Origin: Ignicoccus islandicus DSM 13165
Lineage (GTDB): Archaea > Thermoproteota > Thermoprotei_A > Sulfolobales > Ignicoccaceae
DNA length: 32,000 nucleotides
Reading direction: 5' to 3'
Assembly: GCF_001481685.1 (NCBI RefSeq)
Contig: NZ_CP006867.1
Location: forward strand, 870,001 to 902,000
In this document: positions 26,624 to 32,000 of the stretch, one piece after another
Layout of the letters: each line of letters opens with the position of its first letter
How positions within the stretch are numbered: the first letter of the stretch is position 1
The notes under the pieces: model-generated
Seen by the model: the letters and a program-made list of their open reading frames with translations, nothing else
What the model was told of the DNA's origin: nothing
Database searches by the model: none
Position numbers and translations under genes: made by a program

Positions 26624-27544
26624 TTACGCGGGACCTATGTAATTACAAGTAGGCCCCTTCTCTTCACTTAAGAATCTATCCACTAGCGTGTAGAGGAATC
26701 GAGCGCTCTTGGAAGCGCCCTTGTAGGGGCTGACCGAAACGCTCAGAACGTTCCTTAGCCTACCTATACCCGCATCGTAAAACGTTGCGTCGAAGGGAAT
26801 CACCACCAAGTTTTCAGCCCTTACCTTTTCACACACTGGTTTAAACACGCTCCTAGCCCAAGTGATTGAGTCTTTCGTAGGCTTCACCATGTTTACAACC
26901 AAGGCCCCTATCCTCATTCCCTCGAGCTTAGGGAATATCAACTTAGAGGACAAGAGTTCGGCGCTCCATGGGGAGGAGTCGACCACGATAACCAAGTTTC
27001 CCGAAGTAACTCTCAACATATTTATTGATAGCGTTAGTTGACCGAGAGCGACCCAAGTGATCGCGGGGTAGTCGTTAATCACGTAGTCATACCTCGTTCT
27101 CAAGAACTTTATTAGCTCTCTGCATCTCCTTATGTACTCCTCAGGTTTCTCATACATTAAGCTGAAATATTCGTCAACTGTTCCATTGTCAATGTCCTCG
27201 TAGCTTAGGGCGGGAAATACGTCTACCTTAGAACTGGGTGAGATGTTTACGCTGTATAACGCTAGGTTCCTTAAGGCTCTATCGAAATCCTTCGAACTAA
27301 CTACTTTCACGAGAGTGTGCCCGGAAGGAGGTAACCTCTGATACGCCCTTTGCGTCATTCTAGGGTTAACTACGTCCCAATCTATCAGAACGACCCTTTT
27401 CTCGGTTATAAAGGATATGAGACTACCCATTTCTATGGCCATGGTGGTCCTTCCAGCACCCCCCTTTGTGGACCCGAAGCCGATAACGTGAGGGTCGCCG
27501 ATCGGCTCCTCCAACCACGTCTTTTTCTTGAATATCGGTAGCAC
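26624..27544 (-). CDS. ParA/MinD-like P-loop ATPase with atypical Walker A (KGGAGRTT)
   Basis: 306 aa. VIGFGSTKGGAGRTTMAIEMG is a deviant Walker A in which the usual GK[ST] Lys is Arg (codon AGG checked in the DNA). VVLIDWDVVNP and YDYVINDYPA (Walker B-like) are also present. GTG start. Confidence 0.7.
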   Translation of the reverse strand: MLPIFKKKTWLEEPIGDPHVIGFGSTKGGAGRTTMAIEMGSLISFITEKRVVLIDWDVVNPRMTQRAYQRLPPSGHTLVKVVSSKDFDRALRNLALYSVNISPSSKVDVFPALSYEDIDNGTVDEYFSLMYEKPEEYIRRCRELIKFLRTRYDYVINDYPAITWVALGQLTLSINMLRVTSGNLVIVVDSSPWSAELLSSKLIFPKLEGMRIGALVVNMVKPTKDSITWARSVFKPVCEKVRAENLVVIPFDATFYDAGIGRLRNVLSVSVSPYKGASKSARFLYTLVDRFLSEEKGPTCNYIGPA

Positions 27545-27691
27545 TGCTGTAACCCCTTATTCTTTTGGGCCTATGAATAGTGCGTCCGAATAGAGATAAA
27601 ACTCTCATCTTTTACTATCTAGTCACCTCCTTAGAATATTTTACAGTGTCAAAAACCTTAGCTGGATCATTTGAAAAGCCACGCCTTTCAC

Positions 27692-28825
27692 CTAAGCTCG
27701 TTTTATAACTGATAGAATCAAGGAGATGGACATCAAGGTTACTCCGAGTAGAAGTAACGCTTTCACCGGTTTCTCGTTTTTAGTACCGGCTAAGAGATGA
27801 AATCCGCTTAGAACAATTATGACTGAGCTGATTAAGAAAGCATTCGAAATCAATACGGTTGCAATGTCTAGAGAATTAGCTATTGTGAAAATGTTGGCTA
27901 GAACTACGCTGATCAATGTGGCGAACAATCCCAGTAATTCAGCTTGCTTGATCCTTTCCGATTCCATCTGCTCTTTCAATTCCTCACGGAACTCGTCGAC
28001 CTTCCTCTCAATTTCGTGAATGTACTTCCTCAGGTTCTCCTCAAACTCTATCTTAGTTAAGAGGCGTACGTAGTCATTGATTCTAAGGACGTAGTCTGAC
28101 TTCCTAGGATCCTCTAGGTCTATTGCGCGTAACAACATCCGCTTAGCTCTTTTAAAATCTCCTTGGAGAGCCAAGAACCTTCCGTAGGTCGCGTAGAACT
28201 TCGGGTAATTATAGATGAGTATCTTATGGAGGGCTTCGCGCGCTTCCTCGATGTAGTTCTCGTCCAACTTCTCCCCTTTCTCAAGTAATATTACTACGGT
28301 TTCCGCGAAGTTATGGAGTATTCCGGCGTGGTTCGGAACCCTCTTTGCTAGTAGATAGCTTATCCGGAGGGCTTCCCGAAGTTCGTTCTCATCATCGGAA
28401 GCTTTTAGCGTCATTACTTTCAAGTGCTGGAAAAACGGGTGCTCTGAGAACTCGCCTTCAAACTCTTTCGTTATTTTCGATAAATAACTTATGTTCTTAA
28501 GTCTCCGATGATAGATATGTAGTAACGTAAGCAGTTTCAGACGCGAATCAGGACTTAGAACCTCCTTAGCTTCGGGAGAACGGAGTATTTTCTCGATTGT
28601 CGACACAAACTCCGGATTGCTTTCGAGGTAGTACTCTACTATTTTCGTGAGAATCAATTCGGTTTCCCTAACAAGGAGGTCTCCGAGGCTTTCCAGAAAC
28701 TCGTTTAACCTTTTAAGAACGTCTAGTTTCGACCCTTCATTGGAATTGAATTCGTTCAATAGGTCTCGCAACTTCGTTATGAACGACGATTCGTCAATTC
28801 TCATCATAGGACTATGCCCCTCCAT
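27692..28825 (-). CDS. Helical-repeat (TPR-like) protein with coiled coil and 3 C-terminal TM helices
   Basis: 377 aa. FYATYGRFLALQGDFKRAKRMLLRAIDLEDP is TPR-like and EIERKVDEFREELKEQMESERIKQAE is a coiled coil. The TM segments are LLGLFATLISVVLANIFTIA, IATVLISNAFLISSVIIVLSGFHLL and ALLLLGVTLMSISLILSVI. Two hand-counted 60-nt lines give 33-35% GC, against 50-62% in the three 60-nt lines sampled from the neighbouring genes (one each). Confidence 0.65.
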   Translation of the reverse strand: MEGHSPMMRIDESSFITKLRDLLNEFNSNEGSKLDVLKRLNEFLESLGDLLVRETELILTKIVEYYLESNPEFVSTIEKILRSPEAKEVLSPDSRLKLLTLLHIYHRRLKNISYLSKITKEFEGEFSEHPFFQHLKVMTLKASDDENELREALRISYLLAKRVPNHAGILHNFAETVVILLEKGEKLDENYIEEAREALHKILIYNYPKFYATYGRFLALQGDFKRAKRMLLRAIDLEDPRKSDYVLRINDYVRLLTKIEFEENLRKYIHEIERKVDEFREELKEQMESERIKQAELLGLFATLISVVLANIFTIANSLDIATVLISNAFLISSVIIVLSGFHLLAGTKNEKPVKALLLLGVTLMSISLILSVIKRA

Positions 28826-28904
28826 TGTCGCTCACAAGCTCGTCCGCTTTCCATGGGCACTCCTTCCTCTTATTCTTAACTAATTAAAGAAGTTAGTACT
28901 AAAT

Positions 28905-29859
28905 CTTCCTATTCCATCTTGGGACTCTACCTCTTGGCCCCTAATAGAGCATACAATTCTCCTGGAGTCCTCTTTCTATTCCCTATTGGGACTCTACCAT
29001 TAATGGGAAGAAAGACCGCTTGCTCGATTGAGGAATGGACTTTCTATTCCCTATTGGGACTCTACTTGTAAGGTACCACTATTGTTCCTGTTGCCAAGAC
29101 CCACTCTTTCTATTCCCTATTGGGACTCTACAGAGAAAGAAAATGGGGGAGAGTAAATGGACTAAAGTAGCCTTTCTATTCCCTATTGGGACTCTACTGG
29201 TCACGGCAACGGTATAGCCCTCGTAAGCGGAGGCGAGCTTTCTATTCCCTATTGGGACTCTACAAATGGATCGAGAATGATCCAGAAAGGTTCGAGAACT
29301 TCTACTCTTTCTATTCCCTATTGGGACTCTACGGGCGTCATAGTCACCACTCCTTCCAGCAATGGGTGAAACTTTCTATTCCCTATTGGGACTCTACCGG
29401 GTTCGAATCCCGCCCCCGGCGCCACTCAGGTGATTATAACTTTCTATTCCCTATTGGGACTCTACGCGGGATGGAGTTAAGAGAAAAAATCAAATGGTTT
29501 GCATCCTTTCTATTCCCTATTGGGACTCTACTTTGATGCACTTGTTGAAAGGTTTGCAGAACGAGATCTTCAACTTTCTATTCCCTATTGGGACTCTACT
29601 AAGCTAAACGCACCGGTACGTTTATGAACGCTCTCTTCAAGCTTTCTATTCCCTATTGGGACTCTACGGAAGATAGGAACTGCCAAACCGAGCTTCGTTG
29701 ATTCTTCTTTCTATTCCCTATTGGGACTCTACTCGATGCTGAGCATTTAGTCAATTTCGTTGAAAATCTTTCTATTCCCTATTGGGACTCTACTTGATTG
29801 ATCGAGAATTAATGTAAGAGCGCGATATTGGGGCTTTCTATTCCCTATTGGGACTCTAC
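28905..29859 (-). CRISPR. CRISPR array 2: 15 repeats of 26 nt, 14 spacers (35-43 nt)
   Basis: On the + strand the repeat reads CTTTCTATTCCCTATTGGGACTCTAC (GTAGAGTCCCAATAGGGAATAGAAAG in the transcribed sense). Repeat starts: 28905 (degenerate, 3 mismatches), 28972, 29040, 29106, 29172, 29238, 29307, 29372, 29440, 29506, 29574, 29642, 29707, 29768, 29834. The leader is on the right, giving - orientation. Confidence 0.97.
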
Positions 29860-30344
29860 CGTTGCCCTCCTATTTAAACAACCTCTTTCTTACCTTTTAA
29901 CCCTTTCCCCTTCATCTGCCTTTCCACATTCATACCTTTCCACTTCGAATATCAACCCATTTGGTTGTCCAATATATGCATGTATGTGCTTGTATAAGGT
30001 AAGCTGGAGTAGAAATCCCCATAATCATCGAAGTTCCCATGATCGCTTATTAACCCCTCTAAGCTCCTTCTCATTGTAAAGATCGATCTTGAAAGGACCT
30101 TGTACTGATGGTCTGAGCTCAAGAGTGGTAAATTGCCTTTGTTTTTGCAAATACGATGTTGAATGATTGGGTTTAAATTGAATTGAGCATTAGGAAGTCT
30201 GGTAGAAACTGAAGGTGCTTAAAGAGACCATTAATTCTTTTCGTAAATGATTAAGGTTGAAGGAATGAGGGAATTAATTGTAAGTAAATGGAAAAACGAA
30301 TTTGGACAGGAGGCGGAGATGAAGATTCACCATGGGATGGTGAA
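29860..30344 (-). promoter_or_regulatory. CRISPR leader of array 2, inverted near-copy of 1026-1509
   Basis: See the leader 1 entry. It lies between array 2 and the csa1-cas1 cassette. Confidence 0.85.
29871..29878 (-). promoter_or_regulatory. TATA-box-like element (TTTAAATA on the minus strand) for pre-crRNA transcription of array 2
   Basis: It is at the same position relative to the first repeat as 1491-1498 in leader 1. Confidence 0.4.
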
Positions 30345-30371
30345 TAGAGTTTTCACCATCCAATGGTGAAA
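30325..30371. promoter_or_regulatory. Two tandem 9-3-9 palindromes (ATTCACCAT-GGG-ATGGTGAAT and TTTCACCAT-CCA-ATGGTGAAA), candidate operator between the leader and the cas promoter
   Basis: Perfect arms read from the sequence, with centres 26 bp apart. They share the core TTCACCAT-N3-ATGGTGAA with 1025-1045. Confidence 0.5.
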
Positions 30372-30554
30372 TCGTTTGTTCAATCATTTGCATCATTTAG
30401 TGTATCGATTTTCCAATTCAGATTAATTAGAATAATCATTTACTAAAACTTGATAATTAAGTATATATCTTAAAGATCCTTATTGAACCTATTCTATTCT
30501 CATCTCTATTAATTAGTACGATCTAGAGTAATACCCTATGGTGATGCTTCTCTC

Positions 30555-31268
30555 GTGCTTCCGCGCTCCGTGTGGGACGAGTTACGGGCCTCCGCCGGAG
30601 AGGCGATGGTGACTGTTAGAGGCTGGGATTGGTCGCTCTTGCAAAATAGGGCGCCCGTTAAACCTACAGTTAGCGAAGTTACTTCGCCGTGTCCAACTAA
30701 GAGAGATAGTTACCTTAGGAGAGTATTGGGAGCGAGGCCATCGTCACCCTTACTGGAGAAAGGAAAGATGGTTCACGAGGCATTTATGTCTCCATTTAGA
30801 GGCGAGGAAAGGGAGTTCAAGGAGGAACTCCTCAAGAAGGTTCACGAAGAAGCGAAGCTCAGGAAGGCCATAGCGGACGAAGAGGGAATACCTTACAAGG
30901 TCGAATCGAAATTACCAGGATCCGTAATAGGACTCTCAACTATAGTTAAACCTGACTTCCTAGTAGGCTTCATGCCGGTCGAACTAGTGTACGGATGGAA
31001 TGGTAACGTAGAGAGGAAGAAGTTGGCTTTGGCAGCTTATGCATTAGTGATAGAGGCTTGGACTGGACTCCCAATCGATGCTGGCGTTGTAATCAACGTT
31101 AACGATCAAGGGATCAAGTACGTACTCGTTAGGATAGGTGACTACTACAGAAGGAAGTTCTTAGAAGAGAGGGACTACTTAGCATCGATACTTTCAAGGA
31201 AAGAAGATCCCGGAAGGGCCGAGAGCTGTCCCAATTACTGCCCCTTTGCAGAGGTGTGTAAGCAATGA
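30555..31268 (+). CDS. csa1: Csa1 / Cas4-family RecB-like nuclease (type I-A adaptation module)
   Basis: 237 aa. Features: an N-terminal Cys (TSPCPTKRD), VKPDFLVGFMPVELVYG (D...E-h-h nuclease core) and a C-terminal CPNYCPFAEVC. It lies immediately upstream of cas1 with an ATGA overlap, as csa1 does in Sulfolobales. GTG start. Confidence 0.6.
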   Translation: MLPRSVWDELRASAGEAMVTVRGWDWSLLQNRAPVKPTVSEVTSPCPTKRDSYLRRVLGARPSSPLLEKGKMVHEAFMSPFRGEEREFKEELLKKVHEEAKLRKAIADEEGIPYKVESKLPGSVIGLSTIVKPDFLVGFMPVELVYGWNGNVERKKLALAAYALVIEAWTGLPIDAGVVINVNDQGIKYVLVRIGDYYRRKFLEERDYLASILSRKEDPGRAESCPNYCPFAEVCKQ

Positions 31269-32000
31269 ACTTGTTGGTGTTATCCGAACCTGGGAAAGTT
31301 GTAAGGAAGGACGGAGGCATAGCCTTCGTAGGATTGGACGGGAAAGTAGAATACCTTGGAAACAACTACGACGTTATAGTGATCGCGAGCTCTAAGATAT
31401 CCGTTACCTCGGCCGCCATGCGAATTATAGGCAAATGGAACGTAGACTTAATGGTTTTAGATTGGAACGGCGAACCAGTGCTTAGGTCTTCGTCTCCCAT
31501 ACCCAATAAGAGCGCTATGACGAGGCTCAAGCAATACGAAGTTATATTAAAAGGGAACGGCTTGAAATACGCTAAACCGATAATAAAGAGGAAGATAGTT
31601 GAACAAGGCAGGACCCTCAGATACGTAGCTAAGAGTAAGAGGTCCAAGTGGTTGATCGATGAGAGTTACATCCTAGAGAAGTACGTTACTGACGTGGATA
31701 AGGCTAGGGATGCTGAAGAGCTAAGGTCCCTTGAAGCTCTAGCTGCGAGGCTCTATTGGAGCCTGTTGGCTCAAGTAATAGAAGGATTCGAGGGGAGGGA
31801 TCACGAAGGTAGGGATGCAATTAACGCGTCCCTGAACTACCTCTACGGGATTCTATATTCGAAGTGCTTCAAAGCCTTAACTATAACCGGTCTAGATCCA
31901 TACGCCGGCTTATTTCACGCAATAAAGAGCGGTAACAAGTCTTTGGTATACGACTTCAGCGAACAGTTCAAACCAGTCTATGATAAGAGGCTGTTCGGTA
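31265..32000 (+). CDS. cas1: Cas1 integrase, N-terminal ~245 aa (runs off the right edge)
   Basis: Not in the ORF track because it is truncated. My translation from the ATG at 31265 gives MNLLVLSEPGKVVRKDGGIAFVGLDG...RSLEALAARLYW...DAINASLNYLYGILYSKCFKALTITGLDPYAGLFHAIKSGNKSLVYDFSEQFKP. These are canonical Cas1 motifs (N..LNY.Y.IL, GLDPY.G..H, SLVYD..E.FRP). Confidence 0.9.
   Translation, partial: MNLLVLSEPGKVVRKDGGIAFVGLDGKVEYLGNNYDVIVIASSKISVTSAAMRIIGKWNVDLMVLDWNGEPVLRSSSPIPNKSAMTRLKQYEVILKGNGLKYAKPIIKRKIVEQGRTLRYVAKSKRSKWLIDESYILEKYVTDVDKARDAEELRSLEALAARLYWSLLAQVIEGFEGRDHEGRDAINASLNYLYGILYSKCFKALTITGLDPYAGLFHAIKSGNKSLVYDFSEQFKPVYDKRLFG

Noticed and set aside
27423-27608. 61-aa basic ORF preceded by a GGAGGTGA Shine-Dalgarno-like sequence, overlapping the ParA-like gene start in another frame
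   Set aside because: The composition is Arg/Gly/His-rich and unlike a real protein. The SD-to-ATG spacing is 14 nt. It overlaps 122 nt of a gene with clear P-loop motifs in the other frame. It is most likely a chance ORF, and a frameshifted longer ParA N-terminus looks implausible from the sequence.
29398-29439. tRNA gene
   Set aside because: The tRNA-like sequence is only the 3' third of a tRNA and sits precisely between two CRISPR repeats. It is a spacer, not a gene. No complete cloverleaf-capable sequence was seen in any intergenic region of the window.
29035-29536. ORF-track entries 29035-29217 and 29186-29536 (+) with repeated FLFPIGTL / SLLGLY peptides
   Set aside because: They lie inside CRISPR array 2 and are translations of the repeat.
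31129-31647. Minus-strand ORFs 31129-31365 and 31366-31647
   Set aside because: They lie opposite csa1 and cas1, which have canonical motifs on the + strand.
1-32000. Integrated mobile element, IS or MITE explaining the displaced leader-array unit or the AT-rich gene at 27692-28825
   Set aside because: I could not find a transposase, integrase, terminal inverted repeats or direct att repeats. Horizontal origin of the AT-rich gene remains possible but is unsupported by element boundaries.

Overview
Archaeal chromosomal window, crenarchaeote/TACK-like and probably thermophilic, roughly 45-50% GC by eye. The taxon call rests on Hjc, a TFE-beta-like Fe-S winged-helix protein, the rrp4-rrp41-rrp42 exosome operon, a csa1-cas1 adaptation module, TATA-type promoters and many GTG/TTG starts. 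The dominant structure is a pair of CONVERGENT CRISPR arrays: 1510-2524 on the + strand and 28905-29859 on the - strand. Their ~485-bp AT-rich leaders (1026-1509 and 29860-30344) are inverted near-copies of each other. These arrays bracket about 26 kb of mostly housekeeping genes. Array 2's leader abuts the start of a type I-A-like adaptation cassette (csa1/cas4-family gene, then cas1, running off the right edge). Array 1 is a composite: 13 repeats of one family followed by 3 trailer-end repeats of the family used in array 2. Directly downstream of array 2's trailer, on the same strand, lies an uncharacterised three-gene cassette. It encodes an AT-rich helical-repeat protein with C-terminal TM helices, a ParA/MinD-like ATPase with an unusual KGGAGRTT P-loop, and a helical protein with a possible RHH N-terminus. 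I consider this the best candidate for something undescribed. Other notable items are a spacer that is the 3' end of a tRNA gene, a conserved 9-3-9 palindrome at the distal end of both leaders, and a stand-alone cas4. There is also a folE / PP-loop / methyltransferase cluster and an orphan SdhA-type flavoprotein. No rRNA or tRNA genes, transposases or integrases were seen. All functional calls come from reading motifs in the supplied translations; no database search was possible.
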